Part shown: positions 33,076 through 41,520 of the stretch, piece after piece
Numbering within the stretch: position 1 is the first letter of the stretch
Layout of the letters: each line of letters starts with the position of its first letter
DNA from: Magnetococcales bacterium DC0425bin3
GTDB taxonomy: Bacteria > Pseudomonadota > Magnetococcia > Magnetococcales > DC0425bin3
Assembly (NCBI GenBank): GCA_002753665.1
Contig: PEAP01000006.1
Span: forward strand, 5,680 to 69,679
DNA: 64,000 nucleotides
Direction: 5' to 3'
The notes under the pieces: generated by a model
What the model was told of the DNA's origin: nothing
The model's input: the letters and a program-made list of their open reading frames with translations, nothing else
Databases searched by the model: none
Translations under genes and position numbers: made by a program

Positions 33076-35493
33076 ATGATCATGAAAAGGCCTCAAACCC
33101 TTACTGACCTCCAGGCCCGACCCGCCAAACGGCCGGGGCGGACCTGGCTGGGGCTGGTCCTGCTGGGGGGAAGCCTGCTGGGAGCGGCCTGCTCCCACAA
33201 ATCGGATATCGACCCCTCGAAAGGCCATCTGCTGCGGCCCACCTTTCCACCGCCCATGGCCGCCTCGCCGATCAGCCTGCCGCCTTCGGCCCAGGACATC
33301 CAGGTCGAAGGACCGGGGGATGGGGGCGGGGAAGTCTACAGCGTCAGTGTCACCAACATGCCGGTCCGGGATCTGCTGTTCGCCCTGGCCTCGGATGCCA
33401 AGCTCAACATCGACATCTATCCCGGCATTGAGGGACGGGTCACCCTGAGCGCGGTGGACCAGACCCTGCCCCAAATCCTGGACCGGGTGGCCAGACAAGT
33501 GGACCTGCGCTATGAAATCCGGGACGGCAACATCACCGTCGTCCCGGACCGGGCGTACATGAAGATCTATCAGGTCGACTATGTCAACATGGAGCGCTCC
33601 ACCGAGAGTTCCCTGAACATCTCCACCCAGTTATCCACGGGCGCCAAGGGCACCGATGCCAACCCCCTGGCGGAGACCGAACACAACCAGTCGGATACCA
33701 AGCTCAACAACAAGTCCTCCAACCAGTTCTGGGATTCGTTGACACGCAACCTGACCCTGATCCTCAGCCAGGGTGACAATTCCGGCAGAGGAATGCCGCC
33801 CGCCGGCATGCCCGGCGCCATGGCGGGAACCGGCATGCCGCCCGTCGGTGGCATGGCCGGCATGCTGGGCGGGGCTCCCGGGACCGGCGGCATGCCCGGC
33901 GTTCCCGCCGGTACCGATGGCAATGGCTCCCGGTCTTCCATCATTTCCATCAACCGGGAGGCGGGGGTCATTTCCATTTTCGGCACCGCCGATCAGCATC
34001 GCCAGGTGCAGGCCCTGCTGGATTCCGTGCTGGAAAACGTCCACCGTCAGGTGCTGATCGAATCGACCGTGGTGGAAGTCGAGTTGAGCGACCGTCATCA
34101 GGCCGGCGTGGACTGGGTGAACCTGACCGCGGGCACCGCCAGCGTGATCAAGGCCTCCGGGCATCTGGTGCAGAACACCATCAACATGGCCGAGCAATCC
34201 AGTCAGCGGCCGATTGCCTTCGGCAGCCTGCCGTTCTTCTCGCTGCCCATTTCCAAGACCTGGAACAACGCCAACGGCTCCACGTCCACGGTCCAGGCCA
34301 CGGTGCGGGCCCTGGGTCAGTTCGGCAACGTGAAGGTGCTGTCCAGCCCCAAGATCATGGCGCTGAACAATCAGACCGCCATCCTCAAGGTGGTGGAGAA
34401 CAAGATCTTCTTCACCCTGGAAGCCCAGGCCTCCAGCGTCAGCAACAACAGCAACAATTCCACCAACAACTCGCCCCTCTACAACACCAAGATCCACACC
34501 GTGCCGGTGGGTCTGGTGATGAGCGTCACCCCCCAGATCAACGGCGAGGATGTGGTGAGCATGAACGTGCGGCCCACCATCTCCAGCATCAGCCGCTGGG
34601 TCAACGACCCCAACCCCGGCCTGGTGGAAGGCAACCTGATCACCGGCGTGGGCGCCACCAACCCCATCCCGGAAATCCGGGTGCGGGAGATGGAGTCCAT
34701 GTTGCGCGTCCACAGCGGACAGGTGGCGGTGATGGGCGGCCTGATGCAGGACAAGCAGGACAAGGCCAGCTCCGGCATCCCGGTTTTGCAGAATCTGCCG
34801 TTCCTGGGCAAGCTGTTCAAGTATGAAGACGATCAGGTGACCAAGACCGAGTTGGTGATCTTCCTGCGGCCCATCGTCATGACCCACGGCAAGCCCAAGT
34901 CGAGATACCTGGCCGACAGGAACATGTCCGCGCCCATCGTGCATCACACCTCGCCCACCATGCCGCCACCCGCGCCGCCCGCGCAGTCCACCGGCCTCGA
35001 CCTGGGGTCGGGGTCGCCGATGGGCGGTCAGGGCTCCGGCAACTACCTGGATTTCACCCGTCCCTCGTCGGGTGGCGGCGGTCTCCAGCTCGCCCCGCCA
35101 CCGGCGCCGCTGGCCCCGGATCCGTCGGCGCTGCAATCCGCCCCGGAGGATTCGGCCGCTGCGCCACCCCCGGCCGCCGCGATGGCTCCACCGGCCGACG
35201 CACCGCCCGCAGCCGCCCCGGCGGCCCAGGGCGCCGCCACCGCGCCCAACCCAGGCCCGGGTGACTTCTATGTGGATCTCGGCTCCTATCTGGAAAAGTC
35301 CAACGCGGACACCATCTATGACCAGATCGCCGGCGCCGGTCTGCCCGCCTCCCGGGAGACCGCCGAGGTGGGCGGAAAAACCTACCAGCGGGTCCGCTCC
35401 GGTCCCTTCCCTTCCGCCGAAGAGGCCGAAAAGGCCCGGGCCATCATCGTCAGCCAGACCGGCCATGACAAAGCCCGGGTGACCACCCACTGA
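33076..35493 (+). CDS. MshL/GspD-family lipoprotein secretin with P/A-rich linker and C-terminal SPOR domain
   Basis: Lipobox LLGAAC. Secretin core (VKVLSSPKIMALNNQTAILKVVENK... IPVLQNLPFLGKLFKYEDDQVTKTELVIFLRPIVM). About 100 aa of P/A/G linker. C-terminal SPOR-like GDFYVDLGSYLEKSNADTIYDQIAGAGLPASRETAEVGGKTYQRVRSGPFPSAEEAEKARAII. Confidence 0.8.
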   Translation: MIMKRPQTLTDLQARPAKRPGRTWLGLVLLGGSLLGAACSHKSDIDPSKGHLLRPTFPPPMAASPISLPPSAQDIQVEGPGDGGGEVYSVSVTNMPVRDLLFALASDAKLNIDIYPGIEGRVTLSAVDQTLPQILDRVARQVDLRYEIRDGNITVVPDRAYMKIYQVDYVNMERSTESSLNISTQLSTGAKGTDANPLAETEHNQSDTKLNNKSSNQFWDSLTRNLTLILSQGDNSGRGMPPAGMPGAMAGTGMPPVGGMAGMLGGAPGTGGMPGVPAGTDGNGSRSSIISINREAGVISIFGTADQHRQVQALLDSVLENVHRQVLIESTVVEVELSDRHQAGVDWVNLTAGTASVIKASGHLVQNTINMAEQSSQRPIAFGSLPFFSLPISKTWNNANGSTSTVQATVRALGQFGNVKVLSSPKIMALNNQTAILKVVENKIFFTLEAQASSVSNNSNNSTNNSPLYNTKIHTVPVGLVMSVTPQINGEDVVSMNVRPTISSISRWVNDPNPGLVEGNLITGVGATNPIPEIRVREMESMLRVHSGQVAVMGGLMQDKQDKASSGIPVLQNLPFLGKLFKYEDDQVTKTELVIFLRPIVMTHGKPKSRYLADRNMSAPIVHHTSPTMPPPAPPAQSTGLDLGSGSPMGGQGSGNYLDFTRPSSGGGGLQLAPPPAPLAPDPSALQSAPEDSAAAPPPAAAMAPPADAPPAAAPAAQGAATAPNPGPGDFYVDLGSYLEKSNADTIYDQIAGAGLPASRETAEVGGKTYQRVRSGPFPSAEEAEKARAIIVSQTGHDKARVTTH

Positions 35494-35498
35494 GAGCA

Positions 35499-35527
35499 AG
35501 CCTGCCGCGCCCAGGGCGCGGCAGGCT
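35499..35527 (+). terminator. 13-bp GC hairpin after the secretin gene
   Basis: AGCCTGCCGCGCC-CAG-GGCGCGGCAGGCT. The T-run (35547-35552) is ~20 nt downstream, so this is not a canonical intrinsic terminator. Confidence 0.45.
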
Positions 35528-35648
35528 CTGCAGAGAATTTATTGGGTTTTTTCGCTACGGATGGGTATGATGCCAGAGTGGGAAATTCCTCTTTTCATCC
35601 GTCACTGATCTCCGGGCTGGGACTTCCGGACAAGGCTGTGTGGATGCC

Positions 35649-38363
35649 ATGAAGATCGGCCTGCAACCCAAATGGTTGATTGCCATCGCGGCCACTATCG
35701 TGGTCGTTGTGGTTGGCGGAGTCTTGCTGTTCCGGGGCGAGACGCCCGGTCCCAAGGGACCAACCACCCCGGGAGCCCCTGCTGCTGCCCAACAGGACAA
35801 AGCGGTCCAGCCGGCCGCCGATGCCACCACCCCCGGCCGTCCGGGTTTGCCCGGCAAGCCCGCCATTGATCATGCCCAGGGCCGCAATCCGGCCGGTCAG
35901 GTTACCGGAGTCCGGGGTCAGGTCAATGCCGCCTTTCGCGGCAACAGCCGCCCCCTGGCGATGGGTGATATCGTCTATCCGGAAGACCGCATCCTCACCG
36001 GACAAAAGGCCCGTCTGGTCCTCAAGATGCTGGACAATGCCATCATCGCCCTGGGCGAGGATACCGAATTCCTGGTCGAAAAATACGACTATGCCCGGGA
36101 CAACCCGGCCAGTTCCGGTCTGTTGAACCTGTCCAAGGGATTCCTGCGTTTCACTTCCGGCGGGTTGGGCAAGCTCAAGGATCGGCCCTTCAAGGTCCAT
36201 ACCCCCACCGCCACCATGGGCATCCGGGGCACCAAGGCTGCCGCCAACCCATCCAACATCTACAGCCTCGAAGGGGTGGTCACCGCCCAGGGCAACAACG
36301 AATCCACTCCCCGGGATATCCCGGCCGGCAGCAAGGTCAGTGTGGACGCCAGTGGCACCACCTCCCAACCCCACCCCACCCCGGCCCAGGAGGCAGCCGC
36401 CGTGGTGATGGCCACCGCCGTCCCCAAGAAGCTCAGCCCCAGCGCGGCCAACAAGCTGGAAAATCAGCTCGCCCAAAAGCTGGTCGACCAGGGTCTGGCG
36501 AAGAATCTCGGCCAGGCCAAGCAGATGCTCAGCCCGGAAACCGTTCAGAAGATGGTCGAAAAGGCGGAATGGGAAGCGACCCAACAGGCGGTGGAGCAGA
36601 GCCTGGAAGCCGCCTCCGACCTGGATGTCGCCCTGTCGGAATCCATTCCCGAAGCCCAGGAGACCGCGCTGATCGAGGAAGTGACCCAGGAAGTGGCCAC
36701 CCAGGTCCAGGAGGCCGCGGTCGCCAACCCCAGCGCCGCCGTCGCCGACCTGCTCAGCACGGCGGTGGAGCGGATCACCCCCCCGGTGGCGCCGGAACCC
36801 CCCCAGAGCCAGAGACCGCAGCCCGAATCGATCCTGGGGGACAGTGCCGCAGCGGGCCAAGCCGCCGCGGCCGCCACCGGGGAGACCACACCGGCGACTG
36901 CATCCACGACCCAGATCGCCCCGGAAAACGATCTGGATGGTCCGCTCACCGGCGACAATGCCGCCGGCCTGGCCGGAGAAGGCGCCCCGACCCCGGAAAC
37001 CGTTGATGCCGATCGACCCACGCCCGAGGCAATCGATGACCCGAAACCGGAATTCGAGGACAGCACCACCCCGCCGGAAGAAACGGTCGACGCCACCACT
37101 GCGGCCGCCACGCCGGATGACGTGAAGGACACCGCAGCGACCCAGGCTCAAGAGGAAACGACATCCCAGGCGACTGGCGCACAGCCGGCCGCCACCATTG
37201 CGGGCAGTCAAGCCCTTGGCCAAGCCATCACCGATACCGGCGGCGGCACCTCCTCTGGTACCACCTCCGGCAGCTCCGGGACCTCCAGCGGCACCAGCAC
37301 GCCCAAGGATCCCATCACGTTCTCCCTGGACAACAGCAGCGTGTCCGAGCGGGCCCTGGACGGGTCGGTCATCGGAACCTTCTCCGCCACCAGCTTGCCG
37401 GCCAGCACCACCGTGGTCTACACGCTGGTCGCCTCCACCACCGGCGTCAATCCCTTTTCCGTGAGCGACAACCAGCTGATGGTGGCCAACAGCGCCCTGC
37501 TGGCCGGCGGAGCCACCCATGAGGTCACCATCCGGGCCACCTCCGGCGGCTACGCCACTACCACCAAGACCTTCACCATCACGGTGATGGATGATTTCAG
37601 TCCCACCGGCGCCGACGTGCCCACCTCCACCCTGCGGGATGAAGCCCGCACCACCTACGAGGGGGTTCTGGCCAGCCTGGCCAAGGCCAAATTCGGTGAC
37701 GTGGTGGTCCTCAACGAACGGCAACTCCTCAGCCTGCTGGTGGGCAAGGTGGCCCAGCAGCTCACCTCCACCGATGTCACCCAGGTGATGCGCAAGGTCG
37801 AATTGACCCTGGAGGCGCCCGACTCCGTCACCCTCACCATGGAGATCGGACTGCTGAACACCCTGTTCAATCGCCTGCCCGCCACGGTGCAGGCCAATGC
37901 CGAGACCCTGTTCAATGCCATCCAGAACTATGCCACGGACTATACCGCCAACGTCCGACTCCGCCTGCGCACCCAGGTGACCGGTCAGACCATCACCTTC
38001 GTGCCCGGGGAGTCGTTCGTGGACCTGCAGCATGCCTCCACCTTCATCCCCAGCTTCTCCTTCTCCCTGGCCAGCCTGATCACCGAATACAACGACAACA
38101 TCGGGACCATCCAGCAGCAGGGGGGACTGACCTTCTTCACCGGCGGCGGCAACAACCTGTCCTACTACACCCTGGCCCGGATCACCCAGGACGCGGACCA
38201 GGCCGCCCAGATCTACGCCAACCAACCGGCCCAGACCCAGGAATTCGCCGGCGCCAACGCCACCAGCCAGACCGTCCCCGTCACCCAGAAGATCGACTAT
38301 TACCTGCCGGGCCTGGTCTCCAGCCTGGCCATCCAGGACGGCGGGCTGGCCATCACCCGGTAA
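35649..38363 (+). CDS. membrane-anchored FecR-domain protein with T/S/A/E/P low-complexity spacer, cadherin-like domain and unknown C-terminal domain (905 aa)
   Basis: N-terminal TM (WLIAIAATIVVVVVGGVLLF). FecR-like region (GQVNAAFRGNSRPLAMGDIVYPEDRILTGQKARLVLKMLDNAIIALGEDTEF...). Long low-complexity region ~36370-37300. Cadherin-like PITFSLDNSSVSERALDGSVIGTFSATS...HEVTIRATSGGYATTTKTFTITVMDD. Confidence 0.65.
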   Translation: MKIGLQPKWLIAIAATIVVVVVGGVLLFRGETPGPKGPTTPGAPAAAQQDKAVQPAADATTPGRPGLPGKPAIDHAQGRNPAGQVTGVRGQVNAAFRGNSRPLAMGDIVYPEDRILTGQKARLVLKMLDNAIIALGEDTEFLVEKYDYARDNPASSGLLNLSKGFLRFTSGGLGKLKDRPFKVHTPTATMGIRGTKAAANPSNIYSLEGVVTAQGNNESTPRDIPAGSKVSVDASGTTSQPHPTPAQEAAAVVMATAVPKKLSPSAANKLENQLAQKLVDQGLAKNLGQAKQMLSPETVQKMVEKAEWEATQQAVEQSLEAASDLDVALSESIPEAQETALIEEVTQEVATQVQEAAVANPSAAVADLLSTAVERITPPVAPEPPQSQRPQPESILGDSAAAGQAAAAATGETTPATASTTQIAPENDLDGPLTGDNAAGLAGEGAPTPETVDADRPTPEAIDDPKPEFEDSTTPPEETVDATTAAATPDDVKDTAATQAQEETTSQATGAQPAATIAGSQALGQAITDTGGGTSSGTTSGSSGTSSGTSTPKDPITFSLDNSSVSERALDGSVIGTFSATSLPASTTVVYTLVASTTGVNPFSVSDNQLMVANSALLAGGATHEVTIRATSGGYATTTKTFTITVMDDFSPTGADVPTSTLRDEARTTYEGVLASLAKAKFGDVVVLNERQLLSLLVGKVAQQLTSTDVTQVMRKVELTLEAPDSVTLTMEIGLLNTLFNRLPATVQANAETLFNAIQNYATDYTANVRLRLRTQVTGQTITFVPGESFVDLQHASTFIPSFSFSLASLITEYNDNIGTIQQQGGLTFFTGGGNNLSYYTLARITQDADQAAQIYANQPAQTQEFAGANATSQTVPVTQKIDYYLPGLVSSLAIQDGGLAITR

Positions 38364-38366
38364 TCT

Positions 38367-38382
38367 CGATGGATGGGGGAAG
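38367..38382 (+). repeat. 16-nt fragment of the two-hairpin repeat (copy F)
   Basis: TCGATGGATGGGGGAAG lies between the convergent FecR-like and amidotransferase genes. Confidence 0.5.
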
Positions 38383-38394
38383 TTTTCTGGCTCT

Positions 38395-40293
38395 TCAGGC
38401 GCGGCGCAGAAACCCTTCCAGCATCAGCAACGCCCACAGGGCAGCAGCGCAGTCACGCCGGCCACTCATATGGGCCTCCACCAGCTCCCGGATGACCCGC
38501 GGCTCCAGCCAGCCGGTCTCCCCCAGCGTTCCGTTCAGCAGCGACCGCTCCACCCTGGTCCGCAACGGCCCCCGCAACCAGGCCGCCAGGGGGATGGAAA
38601 ATCCTCGCTTGGGTCGGCGCAGCAGGTCGGCGGGCAGCAGGGACGCCAACCCCTCCTTGAAGATGACCTTCCCCTCCCCTCCCCGCAGCTTCCAGTGCGC
38701 GGGCAGACGGGCGGTCCATTCCACGAACCGATGGTCCAGCAGTGGCACGCGCACCTCCAGGCCATGGGCCATGCTGGCGCGGTCCACCTTCACCAGCACC
38801 CGGCCGGCCAGAAAGGTCTTGAGATCGAGATACTGCAATTGCGCCAGCGGCGGAGCCTCCGCCACCCTCTGCTGGTGGCGATGCAGGTGTTCCACGGCCC
38901 GATAGCCCTGGCGCTCCCGCTCCAGGGCCGGGGTGCCGAGGCGGCGGCGCAGGGGTTCGTCCAGCACTGCCATACCATGGGCCCAGCCTTCCACGGCCTC
39001 CCGGGCCAGGGACTGGAAAGTGCTTTTGGCCCGCAGGAAGCGGGGGGCCCAGTCCAGCTTGGGATACAGCCGCCCCAGGGTCCCGAACAGGGGGCCCCGC
39101 ACCCCCTGGGGCAGCCAGGCCCGCACCCGCTGTTCGGCCATGAACAGGGCATAACGGCGATAACCGGCCAGGATTTCGTCCCCCCCATCGCCGGACAGCA
39201 CCACCTTGACCTGCCGCCGGGCCGTCCGGCACACCAGCCAGGTGGGCAGGGCGGAGGAATCGGCAAAGGGTTCGCCATACAGGTCCACCAGGGTCTCCAA
39301 CAGGTCGAAATGCGCGGCTTCGACCTGCTCCAGCCGGTGGGTCACCCCAAACCGTCGGGCCACCTGGGCGGCCTGGGGGCTCTCGTCGAAGGCGGCCTCC
39401 CGAAAGGCCACGGTGCAGGCGGTGATGGCCCGGGGATCCGCAACCGCCCGGCTCATCAGCGCCACCACCGCGGCGGAATCCACCCCCCCGGACAGAAACG
39501 CCCCCACCGGCACATCGGCCACCAGATGGGCAGTCACCGCGGCAGACAGCCGTTCCATCAGCTCGGCGGCGGCGGCGGCCATCGACGGCCAGGAATCTGG
39601 GGTGGCAGGAAAACTCCAATCCCAGTAGGGCTCCGGGGCGGGCAGCGGCCGTCCCCATTCGACCAGCAACCGGTGGCCTGGCTCCAGCTTGTGGACCCCC
39701 TGGTAGATGGTGCGGGGATCGGGCAGATAGCCGAAGGCCAGGTAATCCTCCAACCCCAGGGGATCCAGGCTGCGGGGACAGCCCGGGTGGGCCAGCAACC
39801 CCGGCAGCTCCGAGGCGAACAGCAGCCAGCCGTCGCCGGTCTGGGTGTAATACAGCGGCTTGATGCCCAACCGGTCCCGGGCCAGAAACAAGGATTGGCG
39901 ATTGCGATCCCACACCGCCAGGGCGAACATGCCCTGCAGGCGGGTCACGCAGTCCGGCCCCCAGCTCTCCCAGGCATGCACGATCACTTCCGTATCGCTG
40001 CGGGTGGCGAAGCGGTGGCCCAGGGCCTCCAGCTCGGCGGTCAGGCTCTGGAAATTGTAGATCTCGCCGTTGAAGACCACCCACACGGCGCCATCCTCGT
40101 TGCCCAGGGGCTGGACGCCCCCCTCCAGGTCGATGATGGCCAGCCGCCGGTGGCCCAGCCCCACCCCCGGTTCCAGACGATGGCCCTGCCCGTCCGGCCC
40201 CCGGTGGGCCAGACGGGTGGTCATGGCCAGTAGCGGGGCCGGCTCCGGCTGCCGCCCTCCCCGCCGATCAACCAGGCCGGCGATGCCGCACAT
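38395..40293 (-). CDS. asparagine synthase (glutamine-hydrolysing) family amidotransferase, XrtA/PEP-CTERM-locus type
   Basis: N-terminal MCGIAG (Ntn Cys), PP-loop SGGVDSAAV, 632 aa. Last gene of the minus-strand EPS operon, as for exosortase-A-associated amidotransferase 1. Confidence 0.85.
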   Translation of the reverse strand: MCGIAGLVDRRGGRQPEPAPLLAMTTRLAHRGPDGQGHRLEPGVGLGHRRLAIIDLEGGVQPLGNEDGAVWVVFNGEIYNFQSLTAELEALGHRFATRSDTEVIVHAWESWGPDCVTRLQGMFALAVWDRNRQSLFLARDRLGIKPLYYTQTGDGWLLFASELPGLLAHPGCPRSLDPLGLEDYLAFGYLPDPRTIYQGVHKLEPGHRLLVEWGRPLPAPEPYWDWSFPATPDSWPSMAAAAAELMERLSAAVTAHLVADVPVGAFLSGGVDSAAVVALMSRAVADPRAITACTVAFREAAFDESPQAAQVARRFGVTHRLEQVEAAHFDLLETLVDLYGEPFADSSALPTWLVCRTARRQVKVVLSGDGGDEILAGYRRYALFMAEQRVRAWLPQGVRGPLFGTLGRLYPKLDWAPRFLRAKSTFQSLAREAVEGWAHGMAVLDEPLRRRLGTPALERERQGYRAVEHLHRHQQRVAEAPPLAQLQYLDLKTFLAGRVLVKVDRASMAHGLEVRVPLLDHRFVEWTARLPAHWKLRGGEGKVIFKEGLASLLPADLLRRPKRGFSIPLAAWLRGPLRTRVERSLLNGTLGETGWLEPRVIRELVEAHMSGRRDCAAALWALLMLEGFLRRA

Positions 40294-40305
40294 GGCGCCC
40301 CCGTT

Positions 40306-41520
40306 TCATCGGCCGGTCTCCCCCCGCACCAGTTCGTCGTACAGGCGGTCGTAGTGGGCCACCATCTCCTCCAGGGAAAACAGCTCCTCCACCCGCTGCC
40401 GACCCCGAGCCCCCTGCCGGCGGGCCAGGGCCGGATCGGCGACATAACCAGCCATGGCCACCGCCAGGGCATCGGGATCACCCGGCGGCACCAGGGTCCC
40501 GGTCTCCCCCTCCACCACCAGATCCGGCACCCCACCCACCCGGGTGGCCACCACCGCCAGGCCCGCCGCCATGGCCTCCAGGACCGTCAACGGCATCCCT
40601 TCGGCCAGGGACGGCAGCACGAACAGGTGGGCCCGGGCCAACAGTCCGGGCACATCCTCCTGGTAACCGGCCAGACGGACGGATTCTCTCACTTGCAGCT
40701 CCCCCGCCAGGGCCGTCAGCTCCCCCTCCAGCAGGCCACCACCCACCAGCAGCAGACGGCAGGGTGGCTGCCCAGGCCGGGAATTCTGGAGCAGGCGGGC
40801 AAAGGCCCGCAACAGGTTGGCCTGATCCTTCACCGGCCAGAATCGGCCCACGGTGATGATCAGGAAGGCCCCGGGGGGCAGGAAGCCGGGCCAGGGCAGC
40901 GCCGCGTCCACCGCCTCCGGTCGGGGCCGGAACCGGGTCAGGTCCACCCCGTTGCCGATGAAGCAGACCTTGTGGGCCGGGATGGCCACCCGTTGCACCA
41001 GCCACCGTTCCAGGTCCCGGGACACCGCCACGAAGCGGCTGACCAGGGGATTCAACAGGCGGCGCAGGAGAATGTAGGTCCGGTTTTCCCCGTCCAGGTC
41101 GTGCCAGTCCCGGCCATGTTCGGCCTGGATGCGGACCGGCACCCCGGCCAGGAACGCCGGCAGGGCCGCCTCCAGGGCGGCGATGTTGCAGCCATGGACC
41201 ACCTGGGGCCGCAGGCGGCGCAGCAGGCGGAACAGCCGCCACCAGACCCGCCAATCCTGGCCTGCCCGTTTGTTCAGGGCATGAAAGGCCACCCCGGCCC
41301 GCTGGATGCGGTGCCTGAAGCCAGTACAGCGGGTCAGGCAGATGACCGTGTGACGGTAGCGGTCCTGGGGCAGCCGGTCCACCAAGTGGGCCAGCACCGT
41401 CTCCAGACCGCCCACATCCAGCCGATAAACGACATGGGCGACATGAATTTGGCTGGATGGGGGATGCCTCCCTCCACCCTCCCCCGATGCAAGTCGCTCC
41501 GCGACTTCCAGGGTAATCAC
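40306..41520 (-). CDS. GT4 glycosyltransferase (PEP-CTERM/EpsH1-associated sugar transferase 'stp2'-like); start unresolved
   Basis: Conserved N-terminus HVVYRLDVGGLE and C-terminal EGMPLTVLEAMAAGLAVVATRVGGVPDLV. No in-frame ATG is near the conserved N-terminus. The only canonical in-frame start is GTG 41520, overlapping the upstream stop (GTGA). That start places repeat copy G inside the ORF. Confidence 0.75.
   Translation of the reverse strand: MITLEVAERLASGEGGGRHPPSSQIHVAHVVYRLDVGGLETVLAHLVDRLPQDRYRHTVICLTRCTGFRHRIQRAGVAFHALNKRAGQDWRVWWRLFRLLRRLRPQVVHGCNIAALEAALPAFLAGVPVRIQAEHGRDWHDLDGENRTYILLRRLLNPLVSRFVAVSRDLERWLVQRVAIPAHKVCFIGNGVDLTRFRPRPEAVDAALPWPGFLPPGAFLIITVGRFWPVKDQANLLRAFARLLQNSRPGQPPCRLLLVGGGLLEGELTALAGELQVRESVRLAGYQEDVPGLLARAHLFVLPSLAEGMPLTVLEAMAAGLAVVATRVGGVPDLVVEGETGTLVPPGDPDALAVAMAGYVADPALARRQGARGRQRVEELFSLEEMVAHYDRLYDELVRGETGR
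41449..41517 (+). repeat. two-hairpin ~70-bp repeat, copy G, wedged between two glycosyltransferase genes
   Basis: TTTGGCTGGATGGGGGATGCCTCCCTCCACCCTCCCCCGATGCAAGTCGC-TCC-GCGACTTCCAGGGTAATC. Confidence 0.8.

Noticed and set aside
18087-38363. PEP-CTERM sorting signals on the exported low-complexity or large proteins (as exosortase substrates)
   Set aside because: None of the C-termini shows a PEP motif followed by a TM helix and an Arg-rich tail. Examples are ...GYRQPGY, ...SYWSR, ...GGPWW, ...KTDSGN and ...GLAITR.
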